A stretch of 64,000 bases of DNA from Candidatus Latescibacterota bacterium (GCA_038279365.1 JAYODI010000013.1:1-64000), one strand, 5' to 3'. Shown: positions 40,330 to 50,623, numbered from the stretch's first letter. The notes: generated from the letters alone by a model not told the origin. Translations and numbers: made by a program.

Positions 40330-41715
40330 TTGTTTGGAGATATTTTGAGCATAAAATTTACGCCCATTGGCACAACAAATGAAATAGGCGATGCCTGTTT
40401 TCTGCTCAATCTAAATGGCAGTACCGTTCTTTTGGATACGGGTTTACACCCACGTAAAGAGGGGCTGTCCAGCATGCCTGACTACAGATCGGTGCGCGAC
40501 CAAGATGTAGATGCCATCTTCGTCTCACACTGCCACTTAGATCACCTGGGGTCACTGCCTGCCGCACTTTCATATTTCCCCCAAGCCAGTGTGCTCATGT
40601 CTGAAGCATCGGCCACCTTAGCCCCCATTATGCTCCAACACACCGCAGGGGTTATGCGTCGTCAACACCTCGACGACAATGGTCCCGTTCCCCTTTATAC
40701 TCGCGACGACATCGACCTTATTTCTTACGTCTTCCAAGGCATTCGCTCAGAACATGATTTTCCTGTGTTCAACCTCGAAAAATGGAAACACGATCTCACC
40801 GTTCGCTTTTATGATGCGGGTCACATTTTAGGGGCCGCAGGCATTTGGCTTGAGAGCAAAGATGGCACCGTATTCTATACAGGGGACACCTGTGCCCACG
40901 ATCAAGAAATCATCCCAGGAGCCGTTTATCCCGAAAAACCTGTGGATGTCCTGATTCTCGAAGCCACATTGGGGGCCGATCCAACTGCCGAAGAGAAAAG
41001 CCGTCAAAGCGAAGAAAAGCGTTTTTCCAAAGCCATTTACGATGTCATTGACAATCAGGGCAGTGTGCTTATTCCAGCTTTTTCGCTTGGGCGTACACAA
41101 GAAATGCTCGCACAACTCCATCGTATGCGCGAGCAAAGCCTCATTCCCGATGTCGAAATCTATACCGCAGGTTTTGGCGAAGTCATTTCCAAATATTATG
41201 ACCGCACCCTGCGCTACACCCGCCGTTGCGACCCCGACCTGCGCTTAGAAAACCTCGATATTCGTCCCCTTCCCCCCAGAGACATTCGCCAAGGTCCTCA
41301 TCTACAAAAACCCAGCATCATTCTTGTGTCCTCAGGCATGATGGCCCCACACACCATGTCTTATCGCCTTGCCGAAGTCATGCTCAACGACCCACGCCAC
41401 GGCATTTTTTTTGTGGGCTACATTGCCCCCGACATGCCCGGCTATCAAGTGCAGTTGGCCAAACAAGGTCAAACCGTCCAACTGTCACCCTTAAGCCCAG
41501 AGTTACAAGTACAGTGTCGCATTGAAAAGTTTCATTTTTCAGCACATTCCAACCGGCAACAACTCCTCAACATTGTCGAAAGATTGCGTCCCAAACGCGT
41601 CATATTGGTTCACGGTGAACAAGGTGCTGCGGGTTGGTTGCGCGAAACCATCAAAATGCAATTCCCCAAAACCGATGTCACCATTGCCCAGCAAGGTGTC
41701 ACTGTCGAATATTAA
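40330..41715 (+). CDS. MBL-fold beta-CASP family nuclease
   Basis: SHCHLDH, AGHILG, YTGD, PAFSLGRTQE, FSAH, LVHGE. Confidence 0.92.
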   Translation: MFGDILSIKFTPIGTTNEIGDACFLLNLNGSTVLLDTGLHPRKEGLSSMPDYRSVRDQDVDAIFVSHCHLDHLGSLPAALSYFPQASVLMSEASATLAPIMLQHTAGVMRRQHLDDNGPVPLYTRDDIDLISYVFQGIRSEHDFPVFNLEKWKHDLTVRFYDAGHILGAAGIWLESKDGTVFYTGDTCAHDQEIIPGAVYPEKPVDVLILEATLGADPTAEEKSRQSEEKRFSKAIYDVIDNQGSVLIPAFSLGRTQEMLAQLHRMREQSLIPDVEIYTAGFGEVISKYYDRTLRYTRRCDPDLRLENLDIRPLPPRDIRQGPHLQKPSIILVSSGMMAPHTMSYRLAEVMLNDPRHGIFFVGYIAPDMPGYQVQLAKQGQTVQLSPLSPELQVQCRIEKFHFSAHSNRQQLLNIVERLRPKRVILVHGEQGAAGWLRETIKMQFPKTDVTIAQQGVTVEY

Positions 41716-41747
41716 AAAAAGCCCAATACCGTTACCGATATTGGGCT
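41714..41747 (-). terminator. Intrinsic terminator
   Basis: AGCCCAATA/TATTGGGCT stem with an adjacent A7 run. Confidence 0.7.
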
Positions 41748-41766
41748 CACAAAATGATCTAAAAAA

Positions 41767-42060
41767 CTATTCTTCTTTGGTTACAGCCGTCTTCACTTTA
41801 TGCATCACATGCACATCTTCCCACCACAATCTTTGGTTGCCTTTCTCATCATCACTAATCACCAAACCATCATCGCTCATTCGTATAATCGTGCCCTCAA
41901 TGGCCACATCATCAGTGGTCACAATTTTAATGCGATCTCCCACCTTCAATTGCCCAGGTGAATGCACCAGTTCATAATACGTATAGGTTTGGCTTTTATA
42001 GGTGCTTTCACAGGCCACAATACAAAAACACAAAACACAAAACAATACACACAATCTCAT
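41767..42060 (-). CDS. Small putative lipoprotein (SH3/Sm-like beta content)
   Basis: Hydrophobic N-terminus with IVAC lipobox; ATGA overlap with the upstream gene. Confidence 0.7.
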   Translation of the reverse strand: MRLCVLFCVLCFCIVACESTYKSQTYTYYELVHSPGQLKVGDRIKIVTTDDVAIEGTIIRMSDDGLVISDDEKGNQRLWWEDVHVMHKVKTAVTKEE

Positions 42061-42956
42061 AAGCCCTCCTTGCGAATCTCTGCTGAAAAAACCTGCAACC
42101 GATCCACGGGGCGAAACTTCATCTTAAATTGTCGCAAACCATCCAAGCCCAAGTCACCTGCATCGTTTACCCATTGATAATGCGACAGTGTTTGATAAAC
42201 ACGCCATCTCAAATATTCAGACAAGCCCCAAACATCTGGATCGGTCTTTGCAATAAAAAAATGGGCCATCTGCGGAAGCGTTTCACCCACCAATGCAAAT
42301 GCCTTCATCTTCCCATCAATCTCCAAACACCACCCAGTTAAAAACTCAGACGTCCACTGATCAAAAGCATCCAACGCGGCTTTGGTATACCCCCAATCGA
42401 GCAAAAACGGGTGTTTGCGCCCCTGTCTTTTTCGCCAATATTTTAACAATTCATGACAAGCAGAAACATCATCAACCAACATCGTCCGAAATTGTGATGC
42501 ATGCTCGCGCTCAAAACGATGTACCCGTTTTCTAATGTCACGAAAGGCTCGCCCTTCGGCATTTGCGATCAGATGAGGATCATAAATATATTCTTCGTCT
42601 TTTGCTTTTAATTCAAACAGAGACGCATCCAACAAAGTCGCATCTGTTTCGTCAACCCATAATACACGTGTCGATCGCTCACCATTAGCTGCCAACACCT
42701 TAGCCAACACCGCATCAAACACCTTTAGATCAAAAGGTAATGGAGGGCACAAGAAATCGATGCCGTCGGGGCGTTCTAACAACAAACAAACACTTTGACC
42801 GTGTTTTAAAACCCTTACAATACGATTGGGTGGCAAGCTAAATGCACATAAAAAAGGTACAAAATAACACCAAGCTTTTTTATTCGCCTGAACAAATGCC
42901 GCACGTAGCATTCCCGCATGTGCTGGCGAAATAACCTCCCCCCACCCATCATTCAT
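42057..42956 (-). CDS. DUF2156 / lysyl-PG-synthase-C-like GNAT-fold protein
   Basis: EYIYD, R..RKRVHRF, AKTD, VNDAGDLGLDGLRQFKMKFRP. ATG 42956 overlaps the upstream stop. Confidence 0.8.
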   Translation of the reverse strand: MNDGWGEVISPAHAGMLRAAFVQANKKAWCYFVPFLCAFSLPPNRIVRVLKHGQSVCLLLERPDGIDFLCPPLPFDLKVFDAVLAKVLAANGERSTRVLWVDETDATLLDASLFELKAKDEEYIYDPHLIANAEGRAFRDIRKRVHRFEREHASQFRTMLVDDVSACHELLKYWRKRQGRKHPFLLDWGYTKAALDAFDQWTSEFLTGWCLEIDGKMKAFALVGETLPQMAHFFIAKTDPDVWGLSEYLRWRVYQTLSHYQWVNDAGDLGLDGLRQFKMKFRPVDRLQVFSAEIRKEGL

Positions 42957-43944
42957 CGCGTAAAATCCGCTTCCGTTTGCGATCTGCCGTATACAAATCA
43001 CCCATAAACGTTCCGACCACCAATGGTTTGGGTTTGCCCGTAGCCACCAACCGAATCATCTGACTGACGCCCCCCAACACTTGCGCACCCTCATAGGCAT
43101 TAAAATTTGGAAATATCTCAACAGGGGCAAATCCCATTTCTACCAAAGAACCCATTGCCGCCGCTGTTTCTGCTGGCGTTCGCCGTCCAAAACAAACATA
43201 TCCTTGCTTGCTTACTTGAGGCAACAAAGCCGACACACCGCGCGACACAAACAATTCTAATCCTGGCAAGGTATAAGGTGGATCGGTCAAAAACACATCA
43301 AATTGTCCAACCAATTCCGTCGGAATTTCTTCACGCAGATCATGAGCAACAACAACAATGGGCAAACCTTCTTCTTGTGCCACCTCGGTCAAATAAGCCA
43401 CCAATCGCCGATCAAATTCCAAAACGACAATACGCCTTATTTTGATCTTCAAATGTTTGGCAAACAAACCCAATGCCAGCGATGTTAAATCATCATCGCC
43501 CAAAATCAAAATGTCTCGCCCTTCAAGAGCATCGTTTTGATACAAATAAACCGCACGTTTTAAAATTGTCTCTACAGTGGCGTGCGATTGATCGAGCTTC
43601 ACATCCACTTTGGGTCTTTTTTGACCCAATGCAGCCAATTGGGCACGCACCCCATCCAAAGAAGCCGGCGTGGACGGAAAGTCAAATTTGGTAAAACGCT
43701 CCTTACTCGAAAACCCCAATAAATTTTCGACTACCCCCAATCCATCGCCCGTTAATGCCACACCACCCTTACGCGTCAAAATGCGCCTTTTTTCCAATTC
43801 ACCCCGCACAGCAGCCACAACAGGCACCGGCAACCCAACCATTTGCGCCAAGTTGCGAATAGGTACAGCACCTTCCAAATACACAGTACGCAAAATGCGC
43901 CGCACCCCTTCAGGCCCTTCAGCCAACCGCGCACCAATGGCCAC
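42949..43944 (-). CDS. Branched-chain polyamine synthase-like protein (BpsA/DUF43, bis-aminopropyl spermidine synthase family)
   Basis: N-terminal wHTH-like region, LDQSH, LEGRDILILGDDDLTSLA, HDLR, FDVFLTDPPYT, FNAY. Confidence 0.85.
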   Translation of the reverse strand: MAIGARLAEGPEGVRRILRTVYLEGAVPIRNLAQMVGLPVPVVAAVRGELEKRRILTRKGGVALTGDGLGVVENLLGFSSKERFTKFDFPSTPASLDGVRAQLAALGQKRPKVDVKLDQSHATVETILKRAVYLYQNDALEGRDILILGDDDLTSLALGLFAKHLKIKIRRIVVLEFDRRLVAYLTEVAQEEGLPIVVVAHDLREEIPTELVGQFDVFLTDPPYTLPGLELFVSRGVSALLPQVSKQGYVCFGRRTPAETAAAMGSLVEMGFAPVEIFPNFNAYEGAQVLGGVSQMIRLVATGKPKPLVVGTFMGDLYTADRKRKRILRDE

Positions 43945-43993
43945 ATCATTTAACAGAGCGTGGCCATCGGGCGAAAAGGTTATTTCTCGTTTT

Positions 43994-45154
43994 TTAGGTA
44001 TCAGTTGAATCGTCTTGTTCCTTTTTCATTGGTTCAGATTCACCTTCTTCATCATCTAAATGTTCTTCATCTCTTGCTGCATTTTCATCCACAAAGTCCA
44101 CGTGTCCCCAATCATCCATTTCCCATTCCAACATGTTTTCACCGTCTTTGTAGCGTCGCAAAACCACATAAACCAATGTCAACCCCGAAGCGTGCGCCGC
44201 AAACCCATACGCCAAAACAATGCCCGTAATGGCCACAAGCATCAAACCCAAAATGCGTCCGCTCCACTGCTCTGCCCCAGACAAAACACCAGGGTCTGGC
44301 AAATTGGCCAACACCAAAGACCACTGTTTGGGCACAAAAGGCATATATCGGGTTGCAACATCAAACATATTGGCCAATTTGAGATCCATAAACAACCCAC
44401 AAGACCACGTAATCAACCACAAGGATGCCAATGACAAAACACTTAAAACCAAAATACCGATCCAAGCCGATATTTTCACCCAAGCCAAATACAAAACCAA
44501 GCGCCACGGTTGAGACCACACCAATGAAAATGATTGTATGACCACTTCCAAAGCATCTTCACCAACAGTCCCCACAATAGCAGGTGACAATGAAATAGAA
44601 AACAAAAACACAATGGCCATAAATACAGCCAACAAGGATGCAAAAAAAATGGGGATAAAACCAAGCGCAAAACCCAACTCACCCAATACCGGCACCCAAC
44701 CAGCCACCAAACCAATCACAATCCCAATCACCACAAAAAACAAAAACAAAGCCAATGCCCCCAAAGGCCCAAACAAAACAGCTGTTCCATGTTTTTTTGC
44801 AAACGCCCACGCGTCACCCGATGAATAAAACGCATCGCCTCGCAACTGTTGGAACGTGATCTTGCAAATCATACACATCATCACCAAAACCACTGCCACA
44901 ACCCACACCATTGCAAAAATATGCAACAAGGTTCCCCACACATCAAACGCCCCCATAGGCGCACCAGGAAACAATCCATATTGGTGCCACAACGCGCTCA
45001 TAGAAGTGCCATTGTGCCAATGGGCAAACACCAACAAAATCGAATATCCCACCCAAGCCAACAACAACCCCATCAATCCAATCCAAATTTTTTTACCAGA
45101 CCACCCCAAACGCACACAAGTAAACAAATCACGGCTGTCAAAATGTAATGTCAT
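43994..45154 (-). CDS. Hypothetical polytopic membrane protein with acidic tail
   Basis: Several hydrophobic helices and a D/E-rich C-terminus. Start moved to ATG 45154. Confidence 0.8.
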   Translation of the reverse strand: MTLHFDSRDLFTCVRLGWSGKKIWIGLMGLLLAWVGYSILLVFAHWHNGTSMSALWHQYGLFPGAPMGAFDVWGTLLHIFAMVWVVAVVLVMMCMICKITFQQLRGDAFYSSGDAWAFAKKHGTAVLFGPLGALALFLFFVVIGIVIGLVAGWVPVLGELGFALGFIPIFFASLLAVFMAIVFLFSISLSPAIVGTVGEDALEVVIQSFSLVWSQPWRLVLYLAWVKISAWIGILVLSVLSLASLWLITWSCGLFMDLKLANMFDVATRYMPFVPKQWSLVLANLPDPGVLSGAEQWSGRILGLMLVAITGIVLAYGFAAHASGLTLVYVVLRRYKDGENMLEWEMDDWGHVDFVDENAARDEEHLDDEEGESEPMKKEQDDSTDT

Positions 45155-45308
45155 GGCATACCATCCAAAAAAGCTCAATATTGTGACGTGAAATGCCTTT
45201 CATCCCACCCAAATCAAAAGATTTTCTGCACGCCAATGATGCTAAAACACCTCGTTTAAGTCAAGCGCAAAGACAGTTTACATTGTATGCTTACGTCCCA
45301 CCTTTACC

Positions 45309-45346
45309 TCAAAAAGCCTTGCTCCATATAGAGCAAGGCTTTTTGA
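45309..45346. terminator. Intrinsic terminator
   Basis: TCAAAAAGCCTTGCTC/GAGCAAGGCTTTTTGA. Confidence 0.85.
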
Positions 45347-45365
45347 CACATCCTCTTAAATGTCA

Positions 45366-46487
45366 TCACCACCCACGACCGCGCCAGCCCCCAGCAGGTT
45401 TTCCCGAAGGAGGGCCCAATCGAAACGTGCTGTTGGGCGTGCCCCGAAAATGACGTGGATGAAACGGGAATGTATCGGTAATAAAATAATGGTAAATGCC
45501 GTTAGGATATTCCGGTGTAACGCCAAACCGCCCATTGTTTTCATCCAAATCACCCAAACCCTGCACATATTCATAATCTTGTGTATATGTGCCATCATAT
45601 GTACCACTCGGGCCATTGCTGGGGCGCGAGCCACTTTTTAAGCGATAGCTCGAAGAAAGTTTTTTAACCGCACTGTTGGCGTTGTTTGCATCTGTATAAC
45701 CATACAAAATATAAATTGGAAACCCATCAGCCGCATACCCATAAAGGGTCGAATGCTGCATAGCACTTTGATTGGCAATCAAACCATTTGGCACACCATG
45801 ATAGTGATAAGAGCCTGTCGGTTGCACATGGGCTTGATTTTGATCTAAACCCAAATTGAGAGTACCAATTGCCTCAATGTTCCATCCCAAACTGGGATCC
45901 CTTCTCCAATACTCTACCGTTGTCACATCAAAAGGAATACCATTAATGGCCACACCCACTTGATAAGCCGGTCGGTTGTTTGAACCCAACACAGATGTGG
46001 TCGTGCTGGCCACTTCAGGGTTTAATGGCACACGATAAACATGCGATTGCTCCGTAATGGTATGAGGGTTGCCACTGTTTGGAAAACTGCCCGTTTCATG
46101 GTTGGGCAATCCATTAGACCGAATCACACGCTCATTACCTTCAATGGTAACCGTGACCACATTACCAAAATTTTGGGTTGTTGTATCGGTTGTGCCGCCC
46201 CCCGAACCGTCGCTTTCTGTTTTTCCAAATGAAGCCGCAAACACCAAAAAATCTTGAAAATCAATACTTCCACCACTGCTGTTTAAATCATAAACCGCAT
46301 TATTTCCCGTGGCTTCTTTTCCAAAAGCACTTGCAAATTGGATAAAATCTGTAAAATCAACTTTGCCACTGGCATCAAAATCACCAGTCACCGACATCAA
46401 AAAATGCACGTGCCCCACATGAGCCCCCACAGGCACAGTCAACCCAATCCAAAACACCAATCCCCATATCCAGGTCATAGATTTCAT
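45366..46487 (-). CDS. Secreted YHYH domain protein with N-terminal dockerin-like/EF-hand pair
   Basis: GGAGG-ATG 46487, signal peptide, GDFDASGKVDFTDF / YDLNSSGGSIDFQDF, HVQPTGSYHYHG, GYAADGFPIY, GDLDENNGR. Confidence 0.85.
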   Translation of the reverse strand: MKSMTWIWGLVFWIGLTVPVGAHVGHVHFLMSVTGDFDASGKVDFTDFIQFASAFGKEATGNNAVYDLNSSGGSIDFQDFLVFAASFGKTESDGSGGGTTDTTTQNFGNVVTVTIEGNERVIRSNGLPNHETGSFPNSGNPHTITEQSHVYRVPLNPEVASTTTSVLGSNNRPAYQVGVAINGIPFDVTTVEYWRRDPSLGWNIEAIGTLNLGLDQNQAHVQPTGSYHYHGVPNGLIANQSAMQHSTLYGYAADGFPIYILYGYTDANNANSAVKKLSSSYRLKSGSRPSNGPSGTYDGTYTQDYEYVQGLGDLDENNGRFGVTPEYPNGIYHYFITDTFPFHPRHFRGTPNSTFRLGPPSGKPAGGWRGRGW

Positions 46488-46704
46488 ATTCCCACCCTCC
46501 AACTGAAAACAGTCAATAGATACGTCCACGAATTTAGCTGATATCTTTGCAAAACCTGAGCCAATTTTCCACCAAAACACAAACCAATTATAAACAACCC
46601 TTTTCAAAAAAACAACACCACTTTAACACAACATTCATACCTGACCAAAATGATCATATGCGATCACACGTTTCACAAACCACCAATCCCAAATCACGTG
46701 TGTC

Positions 46705-48699
46705 TCAAAAATACAAACTGTGACCTTGCCCTTGAAACCAAATCGCATCAATCAAAAATGAAATGCCTGCCCCACCAAAATGCCCAACCACCAAACCAAT
46801 AAAAAATGGCTTTGCACGATTGTACAACATCAATCCACCAAAACGAATCAACAACACCTTTAAAGCCCACGCCGTAAACAAAGACAATACCGTCCACTGC
46901 ACTTGCCCCACAGAGGCAATTGAAAAGCCAATAGGGTGCAAACGCCACCAGGTGAGTCGGTGGCGCAAATACGTCAACAACACCGTGGCCAATACCCCAA
47001 TGCCCAAAAACACAAAATGCCATACATTCAACGGCTCAGCCGCTTTAATTTTTGTTACCATTGTGTCATATGGCACTTGCCCCCCCTGGCGAAACACCCA
47101 TTCGCCAAAGTTGTATCCGCCAGAAGCATATGCCAACTTGAGTGAAAACCAAAACGAAACCACCAAACTGATGCCCAGTGCCAACCCCACTGCCGTCAGA
47201 TAGACCCCTCTCGGAAATTTTCTGTCGCTGTGAACACGGGCCGCATTGGCTCCAAATGGCATAAAGGTCGCAATCGGGTCACACGCCCATCCATAAGACA
47301 AGGCCAACCCCGTCATCGTCCCCCCCCCCAAAGACGCCGGCCCAATCAAATGCATCGCAAATGCCTGGGGCAACAATGGGCCACGCACAAAGACCAACCC
47401 ACCTTCAATAACAATACGCGTTAACCCCAAATACAGCGTAACAACACCCACCAACAACAAAAAGGCCACACTGGGCTGAATGCCAATTTGGTTTAACCAA
47501 AACAATATATAGACAGCCGCCATTCCCCCACCAAACACCGCAAAACGATATGACAAAATCTCATCTTTATCAGAAACCCCATTTTTCCCCAATGCCGTTT
47601 GCCACACCCCGCGCAAATGTTCTCGGGCCACCCAAATCCCCCCCGCCACGATTGCACCAAAGGCACCAAAACCTTGCCATGCCAATGCCGCAGGACTCAC
47701 CGAATAAATTTCCGAGTTGCCAATTGTAAATCCCGTGCGATTAAAAATGGCAATTTCTGCCAAATTGAATAAATTGAAAAACCACACACTAAAAATAACA
47801 TCTACATTGACAAAATAAGTCAATCCCACAAGTGGAAATGATAAGTTAGAGCCAATGCCAGGAAACACTTTCCCCCCAGGAATACTCAACCGAATATTGG
47901 GAATACTTGGCCATCCTTCAAAAAAATAACTCGGAATATTCCAAGCAATTTTTCCTGCTGCAATGCCCACCCCCATCCAAAACAGCTTACTGCGCATAAA
48001 TGCAGGCAATCGCCTTTCAGATTCGGCGTCCTGCATCATCGCAAGAGGAACGTCTACCAAGGGAAAATTTAGCCGTTCCTTTTCTACCCACTGCTTACGG
48101 AAAATCGCAATCAAACTGATACACATTGTCAGCGTGGCCAAAATAAGCGACCCCCACCAAAAAAAAGGCATGATCCAAATGTGCCACGGAATTTCGGCAC
48201 CAGGCGGCAATCCTTCAAAAAACCACGCCACTTCTGGCCCATCTCCTGGCACCGCCCACATTGGTATGTGTTGATGCAAAAAGTCGGCCCACCCATTTTC
48301 CGTATTGGCAAAATAAAAAGGCGAAGCAGACACCGAAATCACATACCCCGTAATGCCATAAGTCGGCACAGATACGGCCGCCAACAGCATCATATACACC
48401 ACACCCAATTCATCACCCGTCAACCCACGTCTTTTGTTCACCACCTTAAGCAGGGGATTAACAATCACCACCACAAAAATGAACACAGACGCCAAACCGA
48501 GCGAAAAATAATTTGTAGTCATATGGGTCGAACGCACAACCCATTCCGAATATGGGGCCAACAAATTAACCCCAACCACAGCCAAGAGACCAACAAGCAA
48601 CGCCTTTGGGGTCAAAATACGCCGTTTTTCAGACTGTGGCTCAGACACCTTCTCCGTTTGCAATTCAGCCAAGATCATCAATCCTTTTGTTGTCTGCAT
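46705..48699 (-). CDS. DUF6785/DUF6784-like membrane protein (OPT-like putative transporter)
   Basis: RKQWVEKERLNFPL, WWRLHPIG, AKPFFIGLVVG and many TM helices. Confidence 0.75.
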   Translation of the reverse strand: MQTTKGLMILAELQTEKVSEPQSEKRRILTPKALLVGLLAVVGVNLLAPYSEWVVRSTHMTTNYFSLGLASVFIFVVVIVNPLLKVVNKRRGLTGDELGVVYMMLLAAVSVPTYGITGYVISVSASPFYFANTENGWADFLHQHIPMWAVPGDGPEVAWFFEGLPPGAEIPWHIWIMPFFWWGSLILATLTMCISLIAIFRKQWVEKERLNFPLVDVPLAMMQDAESERRLPAFMRSKLFWMGVGIAAGKIAWNIPSYFFEGWPSIPNIRLSIPGGKVFPGIGSNLSFPLVGLTYFVNVDVIFSVWFFNLFNLAEIAIFNRTGFTIGNSEIYSVSPAALAWQGFGAFGAIVAGGIWVAREHLRGVWQTALGKNGVSDKDEILSYRFAVFGGGMAAVYILFWLNQIGIQPSVAFLLLVGVVTLYLGLTRIVIEGGLVFVRGPLLPQAFAMHLIGPASLGGGTMTGLALSYGWACDPIATFMPFGANAARVHSDRKFPRGVYLTAVGLALGISLVVSFWFSLKLAYASGGYNFGEWVFRQGGQVPYDTMVTKIKAAEPLNVWHFVFLGIGVLATVLLTYLRHRLTWWRLHPIGFSIASVGQVQWTVLSLFTAWALKVLLIRFGGLMLYNRAKPFFIGLVVGHFGGAGISFLIDAIWFQGQGHSLYF

Positions 48700-48816
48700 T
48701 AAAAAACAAAAAAGCTTTCAATTTTTATCAGATATATTGTTTTTTAGTTATCCTTATGCTATGAGATATACAGACTATCCATATATCATCTAAAAACACA
48801 TTTAAAGGAGCGTCTC

Positions 48817-49656
48817 ATGGAAGCCTTAGAACTATATGACCGCGTCTACCAGTGGTTATTCGAAAATGGTTTAGACTTTGCCAAATCCTTTCTGAAGTTT
48901 GTCATCATTCTCCTTGTCGGCAAAATTGCCATCAGTGTTATTTGTCGTGTGGTCCAACGCATCTTAAGTCAGGCAAGCAATGTCTCAGCCATTCTCGAAA
49001 AATTTACCGTTGACACGCTTGGCAAACTCCTATGGTTACTCGTTTTCTTGGTCGGGATTTCCAGTTTTGGTATCAATGTCGTTCCCATCATCACAGGGCT
49101 TGGTGTTGGCGGTTTCATTCTCGGTTTTGCCTTTCAAGAAACCTTGGGAAACCTTGCAGCTGGCCTCATGCTCTTGCTCAATGCCCCTTTTAAAGTGGGT
49201 GATTTTATTGAAGCTGCAGGCACAGCCGGAGTCGTTCAAGAAATGAATCTCATGGCCACCACCCTCACCACCCCCGACAACAAAAAAATTCTTATCCCCA
49301 ACAACAACATTTGGGGTGGCAACATTGTCAATTACTCAGCCCTGGAAACCCGCCGCGTTGACATGACTGTGGGCATTTCTTATTCGGCAGATATTGGCAA
49401 AGCCATAGAGGTCATTCGCAATGTCATCGACGCCACCGAATTGGCACACAAAGACCCATCACCTGTTGTTGAGGTGGTAGAAATGGCCGATTCATCCGTC
49501 AACCTCGTTGTGCGATCTTGGTGCAACACCCCCGACTACTGGGCCGTATTCTTTAGCCTCCAACGCAACATCAAAGAAAACCTAGATGCCAACAACATCG
49601 AAATTCCCTTCCCACAAATGGATGTACATCATCATGGTCTTCCGCAACAAAGTTAA
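48817..49656 (+). CDS. mscS: Small-conductance mechanosensitive channel
   Basis: GFAFQETLGN, PFKVGDFI, IPN, RRVD, EIPFPQ. Confidence 0.93.
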   Translation: MEALELYDRVYQWLFENGLDFAKSFLKFVIILLVGKIAISVICRVVQRILSQASNVSAILEKFTVDTLGKLLWLLVFLVGISSFGINVVPIITGLGVGGFILGFAFQETLGNLAAGLMLLLNAPFKVGDFIEAAGTAGVVQEMNLMATTLTTPDNKKILIPNNNIWGGNIVNYSALETRRVDMTVGISYSADIGKAIEVIRNVIDATELAHKDPSPVVEVVEMADSSVNLVVRSWCNTPDYWAVFFSLQRNIKENLDANNIEIPFPQMDVHHHGLPQQS

Positions 49657-49676
49657 TTCGTTAGAAAGGATAATTC

Positions 49677-50515
49677 ATGAAGTTTTTGTATTTGATGCTC
49701 TGTTTGGCCTTTATGCCCTACCCTACCCAAGCGGCAGATGCCCCCCCCAGTATGGGTGGAAAACCAAAATGGTGTTTTCGCTGAGCCTCACCCAAGCCAG
49801 TTTTAGCAACTGGTCCAAAGGGGGCGAAAATTCTTTGGCGTGGCAAACCAAAGTCAACAGTCAGTTTACCAACAACCAAGAAGGCTACAATTGGGACAAC
49901 AAAGCCAAATTTTCATTTGGCCAAAGCAAAGTAGGCGACACGGGCACACGCAAAACCGCCGATGAAATCAAGCTCGAAACCGTCTTCACGCTCAAGCGCA
50001 ATCTGCATCTCAACCCATTTGTCTCAGCCACGGCATTGACCCAATTTAAAGCGGGATACAATTACAGTGGCACCACAAAAACCAAAGTATCTCGTTTTCT
50101 AGACCCTGGTTACTTTACACAAAGTGCAGGTGTGGGGTATTCAAAAAGTGATGCCTTCAAAGCCCGCTTAGGTGCAACAGTAAAAGAAACCTACACCCGC
50201 AACTTTCCAAACTATGCCGATGACCCCGCTACCCCCGCCATCGAAAAAACAAGGATCGAAGGAGGTATTACGGGTGTTGCCGAACTCAATCGCAAAGTCA
50301 GTGAAAACATTACGCTCGCATCTGAACTCACAGTATTTTCCAACCTGAAAGCCTTCAATGAAATAGATGTCTCTTGGGAAAACCTTTTCACGGCCAAAGT
50401 CGCCAAATACATCAGCGTCAATCTGGCCATAGATTTGGTTTACGACCGGGATACCATCAATAAATGGCAGTTTCGTGAAGTGCTCTCAGCAGGTTTTACA
50501 TACGACATATTCTAA
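49677..50515 (+). pseudogene. DUF3078-like outer-membrane beta-barrel gene, frameshifted in a C8 tract
   Basis: AAGGA-ATG 49677 encodes the signal peptide MKFLYLMLCLAFMPYPTQA. The barrel body (QASFSNWSKGGENS...GFTYDIF) is in another frame; C9 at 49741 would join them. Confidence 0.75.
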
Positions 50516-50539
50516 ACCCAAACAGCAATCAAACCTCAG

Positions 50540-50575
50540 GGCAGAAAATCAGAATGCAGATTTTCTGCCTTTTTT
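50540..50575 (+). terminator. Intrinsic terminator
   Basis: GGCAGAAAATC/GATTTTCTGCC followed by T6. Confidence 0.85.
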
Positions 50576-50623
50576 ATTGCCAAAAAATCGCATTATTTTG
50601 AAAAAAAACCTCGTATCCAACAC

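Noticed and set aside
49586-49740. N-terminal part of the 309-aa ORF
   Set aside because: Overlaps mscS and lacks a signal peptide; the real start is ATG 49677 in another frame.
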